In this document: in pieces, positions 18,802-28,039 of the stretch
Layout of the letters: every line of letters begins with the position of its first letter
How positions within the stretch are numbered: position 1 is the stretch's first letter
NCBI GenBank assembly: GCA_949289635.1
Contig: CASEOS010000001.1
Span: 76,088-140,087 of the forward strand
Length of the DNA stretch: 64,000 nt
Source of the DNA: an uncultured Eubacteriales bacterium
Lineage (GTDB): Bacteria > Bacillota > Clostridia > TANB77 > CAG-508
Direction of reading: 5' to 3'
Position numbers and translations under genes: made by a program
The notes under the pieces: generated by a model
Told to the model about the DNA's origin: nothing
Database searches by the model: none
Seen by the model: only the letters and a program-made list of their open reading frames with translations

Positions 18802-19530
18802 TTAAAAAATTTCTTCCACCTTATATTCTCTTTCCATTTTCTCATTAAAATATATTCTTGTAATAAGTTTAAATTCCTCTAAAGCTTCATTTTTTAAATC
18901 AAATGAAAATACTTTTTTGGCTGGAGCAGTTATCGTATATTTGATTGCATTTTTTGTGCTTTCTGACATATACAGAGAAGATTTATCTTGTCTACTACAA
19001 GGTTCACATTTAAAACCATTGTCTCTTATACTAAAATAGGATAATGCTTCTTTTTCTTTACAACTTACACAAGCTGTTACTCTAGGCATAAATCCTAATA
19101 TACTTAACAAACGTAATTTGAAAATACTAACAACTAATTCTTTGTCTTTATCTGTTTCTGATAGCATATATAAAGTATTTAAATACAGTTGTAGTATATT
19201 ATAACAATTTTCATTTTCGTCAGTTACATCTTGTACAATTTTATTAATATGTATTGCATATTTTAATTTATCCAGATCTGTTCGAATCTTATAAAACATC
19301 TCTATGATTTCACATGAATTCATATGATATGTACTTGTCCCTTGATATAATAAATATTCTCCAAAGCAAAACAATTGGGTTCCTGCCAAAAGAGCACTTT
19401 TCGGTCTTCTAGCTCCTTTAGCAGAACAAGATATTTTTCCAAAATTTGGTGTTAAAATTGTGAGCATCTTGTCATAGTCTCCCATATTGTTTTCAGATAA
19501 TATAATTCCTTTTACCTTTATTGTTGCCAT
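18802..19530 (-). CDS. recO: DNA repair protein RecO
   Basis: 242 aa with an N-terminal OB-fold (VKGIILSENNMGDYDKMLTILTPNFGKIS) and a C-terminal Cys motif (CVSC...CEPC). The gene order era-yqzL-recO is conserved. Confidence 0.85.
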   Translation of the reverse strand: MATIKVKGIILSENNMGDYDKMLTILTPNFGKISCSAKGARRPKSALLAGTQLFCFGEYLLYQGTSTYHMNSCEIIEMFYKIRTDLDKLKYAIHINKIVQDVTDENENCYNILQLYLNTLYMLSETDKDKELVVSIFKLRLLSILGFMPRVTACVSCKEKEALSYFSIRDNGFKCEPCSRQDKSSLYMSESTKNAIKYTITAPAKKVFSFDLKNEALEEFKLITRIYFNEKMEREYKVEEIF

Positions 19531-19554
19531 CTTCTCTTCCCTCTAAACTAGATT

Positions 19555-19737
19555 TTATAAATTTTCTTTTCCTTCAAAGTTTTTTGTATTTCTAAAATTT
19601 CCTTCAACATTTCCATTTTCCATGTTTAAATCATTTTTTTCTATTTTATCTTCTATATTTTCTATTTGTTTTAATTCCAAATACGTATTGATATCTCCTG
19701 TATTTTTAAACGTTTCCCACGCAATCTTTTTTATCAT
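19555..19737 (-). CDS. YqzL-like small protein
   Basis: 60 aa lying between era and recO, as yqzL does in Bacillus. The N-terminus WETFKNTGDINTYLELKQIE is reminiscent of YqzL. Confidence 0.45.
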   Translation of the reverse strand: MIKKIAWETFKNTGDINTYLELKQIENIEDKIEKNDLNMENGNVEGNFRNTKNFEGKENL

Positions 19738-19807
19738 AAGCTATCATCTCCATTTTTCAGTTTTCACTATTATCTTTTGCAATTTTTGTTTTATTATTCA
19801 ATAAACC

Positions 19808-20722
19808 TTATTGTAATTTAAATTTATTTACAATTGATGGATTATCCAACCAATCTTCTTTCACTTTTACCCATGTTTTTAAATTAATTTTTACTCCAAA
19901 ATTTTCTTCCATATCCATTCTTGCAGCTCTTCCTATCCTTTTTAACATCTCTCCATTTTTTCCTATAATAATTCCTTTATGAGATTCTCTTAAACAGTAA
20001 ATTGTTGCCTCAATATCATATATTTCCTCTTTATTTTTATTTTTTCTTAATTTCATTTTTTCAACTTCTACATAAATTCCATGAGGTACCTCATCTTGTA
20101 ATAATTTCAAAGCTTTTTCTCTTATCGTTTCTTCTGCCAATTGTCTCATCGTTTGATCTGTATATTCCTCTATATCATAATATGCAGGTCCTTCTTTTAA
20201 GTTCTTTTCAATTTCCTCTAAAATCGGTTCTCTATATTTTGCATTTGTTGCAGATATTGGAATTACGGCCTCAAAATTATATTCCTTACGATAAATATCA
20301 ATTAAATTTAATAAAGTTTCTCTTTTTACTAAATCAATTTTATTAATAATTAATATGGTTTTTCTTTTGACTTCTTTTATTTTTTCTAAAATCAATCTAT
20401 CGCCTTTTCCTATATCTTCACTTGTCGCTTCTATTAGAAATAATAAAACATCTGCATCTGGTATACTTGCAAAAGAAGTTTCATTCATTGTTTCATTTAA
20501 TTTATGTTTTGGTTTATGAATTCCTGGAGTATCTGTAAAAATAATTTGTGAATTTGGTCTATTAACAATCCCTTTTATTGCTGTTCTAGTGGTTTGCACT
20601 TTATTAGCAATTGCTGCAACTTTTTCTCCCACTAACAAATTTAAAAGCGTTGATTTTCCTACATTGGTTCTACCAATTAATGTTACAAATCCTGATTTAA
20701 ATTCTGCCATATTTGGTTTCAT
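19808..20722 (-). CDS. era: GTPase Era
   Basis: 304 aa with G1 GRTNVGKSTLLN, G3 DTPG, G4 NKID and a C-terminal KH domain. Confidence 0.9.
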   Translation of the reverse strand: MKPNMAEFKSGFVTLIGRTNVGKSTLLNLLVGEKVAAIANKVQTTRTAIKGIVNRPNSQIIFTDTPGIHKPKHKLNETMNETSFASIPDADVLLFLIEATSEDIGKGDRLILEKIKEVKRKTILIINKIDLVKRETLLNLIDIYRKEYNFEAVIPISATNAKYREPILEEIEKNLKEGPAYYDIEEYTDQTMRQLAEETIREKALKLLQDEVPHGIYVEVEKMKLRKNKNKEEIYDIEATIYCLRESHKGIIIGKNGEMLKRIGRAARMDMEENFGVKINLKTWVKVKEDWLDNPSIVNKFKLQ

Positions 20723-20830
20723 CCTTTCTTAAAATATCCTTCTTCTTTTTTATTGCTTCATGCTTATATTATACACTATTTTTTTGCTAAATTTGTAGAA
20801 ATTGTGAAATTTCTTAAATTTTTTTTACGT

Positions 20831-21162
20831 TGGGGACGTGTCAAATCGTTCCAAAATGGTACCAAAAGGGACAGGTCTTAACCTACCTACCAAGGGGAAT
20901 TGTGTTTATATAAAGTCATTCACAATTTTGTATAAGCTAAATTTTCATAGAATTCTAAAAGAAAAAGATGTATTCATGCACTCAGACCCTCTCGTAACGA
21001 GAGTACCGTGCAATTCGTACATCTTTTTCTTTAAGAATCTCTATATTCAAATTTAGATACGCAAAATCGATTCATTCTTTTATATAAACACAAGTCCCCT
21101 TGGTAGGTAGGTTAAGACCTGTCCCTTTTGGTACCATTTTGGAACGATTTGACACGTCCCTA
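20831..21162. mobile_element. Miniature palindromic element, type B (about 65 bp TIR GGGGACGTGTCAAATCGTTCCAAAATGGTACCAAAAGGGACAGGTCTTAACCTACCTACCAAGGGGA). Its core is related to the type A elements
   Basis: Long inverted repeats at 20831..20897 and 21095..21162. The interior contains AAGTCATTCACAATTTTGTATAAGCTAAATTT and AAATTTAGATACGCAAAATCG blocks shared with the A elements, plus a central imperfect palindrome. Confidence 0.8.
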
Positions 21163-22476
21163 TTAAGCATAGGCTTGATGATGTTTTCTAAAGTTAAGTA
21201 AATTCGTAATTTCATTATCACCTTTAATTGTCTTCTTCGTTTTCTTAGCTCTTTCTTGTTCAAGTTGTCTTTTCTGTTTCTCAGCCATTGATTGACAAAT
21301 CGCTTTTTGATATGTAAAATGTGTATCTTGTGCAATTTTACTCCAATTATACTCATTTCTAACTTTATTCTTTGCTTTCTTTGTAATATCTGCACATAGT
21401 TTGTGATCATATAGTAACTCTAGGATAGAATCTGCTATTGAATTTGGATTTCCGCAATATGCTTTCATTCCATTTTCTCTATGTTGTACAATTTCATTTA
21501 ATCCGCCTATATCTGATACCACTACTGGATTTTCTGATAGCATTGCTTCTAATGCTACAATTCCAAATGGCTCATATGTACTTGGAAATACAGCAATATC
21601 TGCTGCTTTATACATTTTTTGTACATCTTTTCCATGCATATATCCTGCAAAATACACTTTATTAGAAATTCCCATAGCATTTACTTGTGCTTGTAATTCA
21701 TCTAACATACCACCTTTTCCACAGATAACTAATTTTGAATCATGATATCCATTTAAAATTTTGGGCATAGCACTAATTAAATGTTGAACACCTTTTTCAT
21801 AAACTAATCTTCCCATAAATAAGATAATTTTTTCATTATCCATGGCAAATCTTCTTCTAAAGGTATAATCTCTTTCTACACCGTTAAATAGGTTTAAATT
21901 CACTCCATTTGGTACAACATTAATTTTTTCATAAGGTAATCCAAATAATCTTTGTAATTCATTTTTCATATAATTACTATTAACAATTACCTCTGAAGCT
22001 TCATATGTTAACATCCATTCTGTATCATTAATATATCTTTGTGTTTCATCATGAATCCCACTATTTCTTCCAGCTTCTGTTGCATGAATTGTTGCGACAA
22101 TTGGTATATTATATGAATTTTTCAATGTTTTTGCTGCATATGCTACTAACCAATCATGCGCATGAATGACATCAAAATTTCCTTGTTCTGCTATAATTTC
22201 ATTTGCCTTTGCTATCAAATTAAAGTTTAATTGCATTATCCAATCTATAAAATTATTTGGATTTATCATGTAGTTATCGACTCTATATACTTTTACACCT
22301 TTATCATCCTCAAAATATGGTGCATCTCCATCTTTATATGTAACAACTGTTACATCATGACCATCTTTTAACAATGTTCTTGATAAATCATATACAACTC
22401 TTGCAATTCCTCCTACTACTCTTGGTGGGTATTCCCATGTTAACATCAATATTTTCATTGATATACTCCCTTTCAT
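21163..22476 (-). CDS. GT4-family glycosyltransferase (glycogen/alpha-glucan synthase-like)
   Basis: 437 aa. MKILMLTWEYPPRVVGGIARVVYDL is the GT4 N-terminal signature, and there is a C-terminal EPFGIVALEAM motif. Confidence 0.75.
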   Translation of the reverse strand: MKGSISMKILMLTWEYPPRVVGGIARVVYDLSRTLLKDGHDVTVVTYKDGDAPYFEDDKGVKVYRVDNYMINPNNFIDWIMQLNFNLIAKANEIIAEQGNFDVIHAHDWLVAYAAKTLKNSYNIPIVATIHATEAGRNSGIHDETQRYINDTEWMLTYEASEVIVNSNYMKNELQRLFGLPYEKINVVPNGVNLNLFNGVERDYTFRRRFAMDNEKIILFMGRLVYEKGVQHLISAMPKILNGYHDSKLVICGKGGMLDELQAQVNAMGISNKVYFAGYMHGKDVQKMYKAADIAVFPSTYEPFGIVALEAMLSENPVVVSDIGGLNEIVQHRENGMKAYCGNPNSIADSILELLYDHKLCADITKKAKNKVRNEYNWSKIAQDTHFTYQKAICQSMAEKQKRQLEQERAKKTKKTIKGDNEITNLLNFRKHHQAYA

Positions 22477-22580
22477 TTTTGATTTTCTTTCGTTTATGAC
22501 AAATTAACACATTTTAATATATTTTATACAATTTTTTTTAAAATGTAAATGGTTTTTTAGAAATATTTTCAATAATTTTT

Positions 22581-22836
22581 GGGACAATTGGGGACGTTTC
22601 TTTTTGGACATTTTAAGGGATTTTGGGGACGGACTCATTTTTCCCTTTTTTTGTGTTAATAAATCGAAAAAATATACTGTCATTACATAATTATATGTAT
22701 AAACTAACTTTCTATATGCCAAACTATGTTATTTTCTTGTCTATATTTTTAAGTTTTCTAATTTTTAAAAAGGGAAAAATGAGTCCGTCCCCAAAATCCC
22801 TTAAAATGTCCAAAAAGAAACGTCCCCAATTGTCCC
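22581..22836. mobile_element. Compound palindromic element: outer type C TIR (GGGACAATTGGGGACGTTTCTTTTTGGACATTTT) enclosing an inner type A TIR pair and a ~125 bp core
   Basis: Outer inverted repeats at 22581..22614 and 22803..22836. Inner A-type inverted repeats at 22615..22645 and 22772..22800. Confidence 0.8.
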
Positions 22837-22866
22837 AAAAAAAGAATCAAGCTTATAACTTGATTC
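22837..22866 (-). terminator. Rho-independent terminator downstream of rpmA
   Basis: GAATCAAG, loop, CTTGATTC hairpin with an A7 run on the + strand, which gives a T7 run after the hairpin on the minus strand. Confidence 0.55.
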
Positions 22867-22878
22867 CTTCTATATATT

Positions 22879-23139
22879 TTATGATTCTACTGGATAAACA
22901 CTAACTTGTTTTTTATCTCTACCTTTTCTTTCAAATTTAACTGTTCCATCTACTAATGCATATAAGGTATCATCACTACCTTTACCTACATTTGTTCCTG
23001 GATGTACTTTAGTTCCTCTTTGTCTTACTAAGATATTTCCAGCTAGAACGAATTGACCATCAGCTCTTTTTACTCCAAGACGCTTTGATTCACTCTCTCT
23101 ACCGTTATGGCTACTACCTTGACCTTTTTTATGAGCCAT
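22879..23139 (-). CDS. rpmA: 50S ribosomal protein L27, without N-terminal propeptide
   Basis: 86 aa beginning [30 protein letters not shown]. It aligns with mature L27 and has no ~9 aa Prp-cleaved extension. Confidence 0.9.
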   Translation of the reverse strand: MAHKKGQGSSHNGRESESKRLGVKRADGQFVLAGNILVRQRGTKVHPGTNVGKGSDDTLYALVDGTVKFERKGRDKKQVSVYPVES

Positions 23140-23212
23140 GCTCTTTCACTCCTTTCGGTTCAGATTTTTTATCCCATTTTTATTATTCTAAAATTTATGA
23201 TTTTAAAAATAA

Positions 23213-23599
23213 TTATGCTTCTACTTTTTCAGCAACTTTTTTTGTTTCAGCTTTTGCACTTGCTGCTTTTGTTTCTGTTTTCTTAGCAGCTGTTTTGATT
23301 GATGTAATTTCTACTTTTGTATATGGTTGTCTATGTCCTTGTTTTCTTCTATAATTCTTTTTCGCTTTCATTTTGAAAACAATGATTTTTTTACCTTTAC
23401 CATGAGAAACTACTTTTCCTTCTACTTTTACACCTTTCACATAAGGATTTCCAACTTGTACTTTTCCTTCTTCTGAAACTAGGATTACTTTATCAAAAGT
23501 AACTTTTTTACCTTCTTCTGCATCTAGTTTTTCGAAAAATACAACATCTCCTTCTGCTACTTTGTATTGTTTTCCACAGCTTTCAATTATTGCGTACAT
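23213..23599 (-). CDS. rplU: 50S ribosomal protein L21 with a Lys/Ala-rich C-terminal extension
   Basis: 128 aa: [25 protein letters not shown]...; the L21 core is followed by a [16 protein letters not shown] tail. Confidence 0.9.
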   Translation of the reverse strand: MYAIIESCGKQYKVAEGDVVFFEKLDAEEGKKVTFDKVILVSEEGKVQVGNPYVKGVKVEGKVVSHGKGKKIIVFKMKAKKNYRRKQGHRQPYTKVEITSIKTAAKKTETKAASAKAETKKVAEKVEA

Positions 23600-23638
23600 C
23601 TAAAATGCACCTCCCTTATTTGTATACTCGCTAATCCT

Positions 23639-23703
23639 TAAAAAAGGTAACTGACTGCTTTTGTCAGTGTTTTGGTACCTTGACTAAGCGGATTACAGTT
23701 ACC
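23639..23703 (-). terminator. Structured element between thrS and rplU: a long hairpin (GGTAACTG...CAGTTACC) plus T-run. It is the thrS terminator and/or a ribosomal-protein L21 leader-like structure
   Basis: On the minus strand the sequence reads AGGTAACTGTAATCCGCTTAGTCAAGGTACCAAAACACTGACAAAAGCAGTCAGTTACCTTTTTT. Confidence 0.45.
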
Positions 23704-23744
23704 TATTTTACCATAAATTACTATTTGTGTCAACTGTTTTCAAA

Positions 23745-25679
23745 TTATTTTTTACTATCTATTCTTTCTACTATCTCTTTTGCAAATTCTTCTATTGATT
23801 TTGCTCCCATATCGCCTTCTTCTCTTGAACGAATAGATACTGTATTTCCTTCTACTTCTTTTTCACCAACAATCAACATATATGGAATCTTTTGCAATTG
23901 TGCTTCACGAATTTTATATCCTGTTTTTTCATTTCTATCATCCACTTCTACACGAATACCTTTTTCTTGTAATTCTTCTTTTACTCTATACGCATATTCA
24001 TGTTGATTATCTGTGATTGGTAAGATTTTCACTTGTACAGGTGCAATCCATACAGGTAAATTTCCTTTCGTTTCTTCTAATAAGAAAGAAATAAATCTAT
24101 CAGAAGTTCCTAAAATGGCTCTATGAATAACCACTGGTCTATGTGCTTTTCCATCTTCTCCAATATATTCTAATTCAAATCTTTCTGGTAAAGCAAAATC
24201 TAATTGACAAGTTGGAATTGTTACATCATGATTTAAGGCTGTTCTAATTTGAATATCAATTTTAGGTCCATAGAAAGCGGCTTCTCCTTCTGCTTCATAG
24301 AAGTCAATATTTAATTCTTTTAAGATTTCTCTTAACTGACTTTCTGCAGTTTCCCACATTTCATCATTATCAATATATTTTTCTTTATTAGCTTTATCTC
24401 TTAATGATAATCTATATTTAAAGGCTGATTCTGGGAATCCAAAGTCTTTTTGGTAAACTTCTTTGATTAAATTTAAAACTCTTCCTACTTCTTCTTTGAT
24501 TTGGTCTGGTCTAACAAATAGATGTGCATCATTTTGGCACATTTGACGAACTCTTTCTAGTCCACAAACACTTCCACTTGATTCATAACGAAAATCATGT
24601 GCTAATTCTCCTATACGAATTGGTAAATCTCTATATGAGTGCATTTGATGTTTATATATCAACATATGATGTGGACAGTTCATAGGTCTTAATACCATTT
24701 CCTCATTATCCATTTTCATAACAGGGAACATGTCTTCTTTGTAATGATCCCAGTGTCCACTAGTTTTGTATAAATCCACATTGGCAAGTGATGGTGTATA
24801 TACATGTGCATACCCTAATGCAATTTCTTTATCTTGAATATATCTTTCTAAAATTCTTCTGATTGTTGCTCCATTTGGTAGATACATTGGAAGTCCTGAC
24901 CCAACTAATTTATGTGTCATAAAGATGTCTAAATCTTTTCCGATTTTTCTATGGTCACGTTGTTTGGCTTCTTCTAAGAAATCTAGATATTCTTGTAGTT
25001 GACTAGCCTTTGGAAATGAAATGGCATAAATTCTTTGAAGCATTTTATTTTTTTCGCTTCCTCTCCAATAAGCACCTGAAGATGAAAGAATTTTTACCGC
25101 TTTTACTTTTCCTGTGCTAAGTAAATGAGGACCTGCACATAAATCTGTAAAATCTCCTTGTTTATAGAAACTGATTTCTTCTCCCTCTGGTAATTCTTCT
25201 ATCAATTCCACTTTATATGGTTGGTCTTTCATAAGTTCTAATGCTTCTTTTTTTGGTAATGAAAATCTTTCAATTTCTATATCTTCCTTGATAATTTTTT
25301 TCATTTCTTCTTCGATTTTTGCTTTATCTTCATCTGTGAATGGTGTTTCTACATCAAAATCATAATAGAAACCATTATCAATACTTGGTCCAATAGCAAA
25401 TTTTACATCTGGAAATAATCTTTTTACAGCTTGTGCCATAATATGTGATGTTGTATGCCAATATGCTTTTTTCCCTTCTAAATCATCTTCTTGAAATGTA
25501 TGTATTACCAAATTGCAATCTTCTTGTAATTCATATCTTAAGTCTTTTACTTCTCCATCTACTTCTCCACAAGTTGCATTTCTTGCTAATCCTTCACTAA
25601 TTTTTTTAGCAACATCTAAAATACCAGTTCCTTTCTCCACCTCGATTATTGAATTATCTTTTAATGTAACTTTTAACAT
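23745..25679 (-). CDS. thrS: Threonine--tRNA ligase
   Basis: 644 aa with an N-terminal TGS domain, class II motifs (for example the HR...GS...FRYESSGSVCGLERVRQMCQNDAHLF region) and a C-terminal anticodon-binding domain. Confidence 0.95.
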   Translation of the reverse strand: MLKVTLKDNSIIEVEKGTGILDVAKKISEGLARNATCGEVDGEVKDLRYELQEDCNLVIHTFQEDDLEGKKAYWHTTSHIMAQAVKRLFPDVKFAIGPSIDNGFYYDFDVETPFTDEDKAKIEEEMKKIIKEDIEIERFSLPKKEALELMKDQPYKVELIEELPEGEEISFYKQGDFTDLCAGPHLLSTGKVKAVKILSSSGAYWRGSEKNKMLQRIYAISFPKASQLQEYLDFLEEAKQRDHRKIGKDLDIFMTHKLVGSGLPMYLPNGATIRRILERYIQDKEIALGYAHVYTPSLANVDLYKTSGHWDHYKEDMFPVMKMDNEEMVLRPMNCPHHMLIYKHQMHSYRDLPIRIGELAHDFRYESSGSVCGLERVRQMCQNDAHLFVRPDQIKEEVGRVLNLIKEVYQKDFGFPESAFKYRLSLRDKANKEKYIDNDEMWETAESQLREILKELNIDFYEAEGEAAFYGPKIDIQIRTALNHDVTIPTCQLDFALPERFELEYIGEDGKAHRPVVIHRAILGTSDRFISFLLEETKGNLPVWIAPVQVKILPITDNQHEYAYRVKEELQEKGIRVEVDDRNEKTGYKIREAQLQKIPYMLIVGEKEVEGNTVSIRSREEGDMGAKSIEEFAKEIVERIDSKK

Positions 25680-25713
25680 AATAAAACCTCCTTTATCATT
25701 TAAATATTATTAT

Positions 25714-26547
25714 TTATCTTTCTTCTGGTTCTAATCCTATCCCCATCAATTTCTTTAGTCCTTTCTGATACATAGGATTCCATTGTCTTTTAAGTATTTC
25801 CTGCTTTTCTTCTTCTGTCAAACCTTTTATATCCTTTTCTTCTATTTTTGTTCCTTTCCTTTGATTTAAATCTTCTATTTGCCAACTACCTCGTATATCA
25901 TAATAACTTACTCTTCCACCTTCTTTTATCGGCTTAGCATTTCGAGTTATTTTAATAATATGAGGATAGTCTTGCAATCTTTCCTTGAAAAAATAAACTG
26001 TTTTGGAACCATTCTGATTTCTTTTCAACATCTCGAGTTCTCTTTCTGTTTCAATTCCATTATTATCATACACACATCTTATACTTTTAAATAATCTATC
26101 TATTCCATGTCTTCTATAATCATATATACTTACTTTTTCCATACCATCCTGTAAACTATTATATCTAATTTCTTTTTTAGTTTCATGGTTTCCTCGTGCA
26201 TCATCTTCTAACAATGGAAGCGAGACAAGGATATTTCCTTCATCTGTCACTTTAAAATGATGATTATTATCAACTAATATTTCAATACGAGGAAGAATGC
26301 ATTTTGTATAGGCTATATCTTCTACATATGTTCTATCAGGCGAATACCAATGTATACAATATTTTTCAATCTGATCAATGACATCCATTATTCTTGGATT
26401 TCTTAATAAAGATAAATTACAAAACTCTCTTTCTAATATTCTAAATATTTTTCCTTCTACTTCTCTTCTCCCAAAACTCTTATACATAACAAAACACTCC
26501 CATGGATTATTTATCCATAGGAGTGCATTATATATACACGGTTCCAT
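25714..26547 (-). CDS. Hypothetical cytoplasmic protein directly upstream of thrS
   Basis: 277 aa with no TM helix and no motif I can name. It may occupy the position held by ytxC in Bacillus. Confidence 0.3.
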   Translation of the reverse strand: MEPCIYNALLWINNPWECFVMYKSFGRREVEGKIFRILEREFCNLSLLRNPRIMDVIDQIEKYCIHWYSPDRTYVEDIAYTKCILPRIEILVDNNHHFKVTDEGNILVSLPLLEDDARGNHETKKEIRYNSLQDGMEKVSIYDYRRHGIDRLFKSIRCVYDNNGIETERELEMLKRNQNGSKTVYFFKERLQDYPHIIKITRNAKPIKEGGRVSYYDIRGSWQIEDLNQRKGTKIEEKDIKGLTEEEKQEILKRQWNPMYQKGLKKLMGIGLEPEER

Positions 26548-26768
26548 CCTATTTTTTTACTTAATTAAAAGATGATAACGTATCTTACACGTTTGGCTTA
26601 TTCACCAAAAACTTGAAGAGGTAGTTTTTCAAATATGTTTTTCTAGATTGGCTTTCAGCTAATAACCAATCCTCTCTTTAGATAACCTTTATTTTACTTT
26701 TTCTCTTACTTGTCTTTATCTTATGTTACTTATTTTATAACTTTTTTTAAAAAAAGTCAATAGAAATA

Positions 26769-26797
26769 TTTACTTTTGTTTTTTTCTATTGTATAAT
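26769..26797 (+). promoter_or_regulatory. Candidate sigma-A promoter for tRNA-Thr (TTTACT-17-TATAAT)
   Basis: The -10 hexamer TATAAT is at 26792..26797. A 4/6 -35 match lies 17 nt upstream, about 85 nt before the tRNA. Confidence 0.3.
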
Positions 26798-26883
26798 CTA
26801 TTACGATTTACATGATACTTTACATGACATTCAAAAATATGATATGTAAGAAATGTTACTTTTTTATTTTAAATTTAATATTT

Positions 26884-26959
26884 GCTTCTATAGCTCAGTT
26901 GGTAGAGTGCAGCCTTGGTAAGGCTGAGGTCACGGGTTCAATTCCCGTTAGAAGCCCCA
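26884..26959 (+). tRNA. tRNA-Thr (anticodon GGU)
   Basis: Cloverleaf: acceptor GCTTCTA/TAGAAGC, D-arm GCTC-AGTTGGTA-GAGT, anticodon stem CAGCC/GGCTG with loop TTGGTAA, T-arm ACGGG-TTCAATT-CCCGT, discriminator C, and an encoded CCA. Confidence 0.85.
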
Positions 26960-26964
26960 GAAAA

Positions 26965-27172
26965 GGGAAATTGGGGACGGACTCATTTTTCCCTTTTTTC
27001 AATATTATAAATAATTAAAAATATAGAATATAAAACCATTACACAATTTTGTATAAGCTAAATTTCTAATTTCAAATTTAGATACGCAAAATCGTTTCAT
27101 TTTTTTATATTCTATATTTTTTATTCTAATTAAATTCGAAAAAGGGAAAAATGAGTCCGTCCCCAATTTCCC
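26965..27172. mobile_element. Miniature palindromic element, compact type A copy, inserted 5 bp 3' of tRNA-Thr
   Basis: Inverted repeats GGGAAATTGGGGACGGACTCATTTTTCCC (26965..26993) and GGGAAAAATGAGTCCGTCCCCAATTTCCC (27144..27172). The core is palindromic about CTAATTTC. Confidence 0.8.
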
Positions 27173-27191
27173 GATTCGTTCTCAATTCCCC

Positions 27192-27839
27192 TTAAATTTC
27201 GTTTAACATATTTTTAATTGCTTTTTTTCGAATTCTTTGTATCGCATTATCTACTGATTTTACAGGTGAATCTAGTTGTTTAGCTATTGTCACATAACTA
27301 TATCCCTTTACATATCCATCTAAAACTTGTTTTTCAAAATTACTTAAAGATTTTTCCATTGAACTTTCAATTTGTTCATAATATTCCTTTTTCATCACTG
27401 TTTCTAATGGATCTTCTACCGTTTTATTATCTAATGTATTAATCAATTCTATTCCATTTTCTTCTTCATTGTCATATGCCGAAGCATTTAATGATAAATA
27501 AGAGTTTAATGGCATATGCTTTTGTCTTGTTGAAGACTTTATCGCTGTTATTAATTGCCTTTCAATACACATATTGGCAAATGATTTAAAACTATTATTT
27601 TTATCTTTTTTAAACATTTTAATTGCTTTAAACAATCCTATTAATCCTTCTTGAACAATATCATCTCTTTCTGCTCCAACCATAAAGTATTTACTAACTT
27701 TGATGTTTACCAATTCTTTGTACTTATTCATTAAATAGGATAAAGCTTGTTTATTACCCTTTTGTACCTCTAATACAATTTGTTCATCTGTCATTTCATC
27801 AAATTTGTCCACAGAAAAAAATACATTTTCCTTTTGCAT
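27192..27839 (-). CDS. sigH: RNA polymerase sigma-H factor (sporulation/stationary-phase sigma)
   Basis: 215 aa. DIVQEGLIGLFKAIKMFKKDKNNSFKSFANMCIERQLITAIKSSTRQKHMPLNSYLSLN closely resembles the SigH/Spo0H region 2-3. A region-4 HTH is present. Confidence 0.8.
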   Translation of the reverse strand: MQKENVFFSVDKFDEMTDEQIVLEVQKGNKQALSYLMNKYKELVNIKVSKYFMVGAERDDIVQEGLIGLFKAIKMFKKDKNNSFKSFANMCIERQLITAIKSSTRQKHMPLNSYLSLNASAYDNEEENGIELINTLDNKTVEDPLETVMKKEYYEQIESSMEKSLSNFEKQVLDGYVKGYSYVTIAKQLDSPVKSVDNAIQRIRKKAIKNMLNEI

Positions 27840-27993
27840 TCGTCAAAATCCCTCCAAAGTGTCACTTTATTAGTATTATACCATTGAAATCGCTGTTGTC
27901 AAGGATTTTCTAACGCTTTTCACATGATTTTAGAAAAATTTTACGTTATATAACCTTAATGATTATACGAAAAAGAAACACACCTTTCTTTGA

Positions 27994-28039
27994 GGTCTGT
28001 CCCTTTTGTTCCATTTTGGAACGATTTGACACGTCCCTA
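27994..28039. repeat. Solo type B terminal repeat; its terminal CCCTA supplies the TAG stop of the GH18 gene
   Basis: GGTCTGTCCCTTTTGTTCCATTTTGGAACGATTTGACACGTCCCTA is the reverse complement of the first ~45 nt of the B-type TIR. Confidence 0.75.

Noticed and set aside
21072-21410. 112 aa ORF overlapping the type B element and the 3' end of the GT4 gene
   Set aside because: It lies mostly within the inverted repeat; its terminal residues (…PKGTGLNLPTKG…) are simply the translated TIR and recur in another ORF at 20838.
22504-22904. Two ORFs (72 aa and 93 aa) spanning the compound element
   Set aside because: Both are translations of the repeat; the peptide KGKMSPSPKSLKMSKKKRPQLSQK appears in both because of the inverted repeat.
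23640-23740. T-box leader for thrS
   Set aside because: Only 35 bp separate thrS from the upstream ORF, and no T-box consensus (AATTAGGGTGGTACCGCG-like) is present. The hairpin lies downstream of thrS, not upstream.
26812-27018. 68 aa ORF covering tRNA-Thr
   Set aside because: It overlaps a well-folded tRNA gene and the element TIR, so it is not coding.
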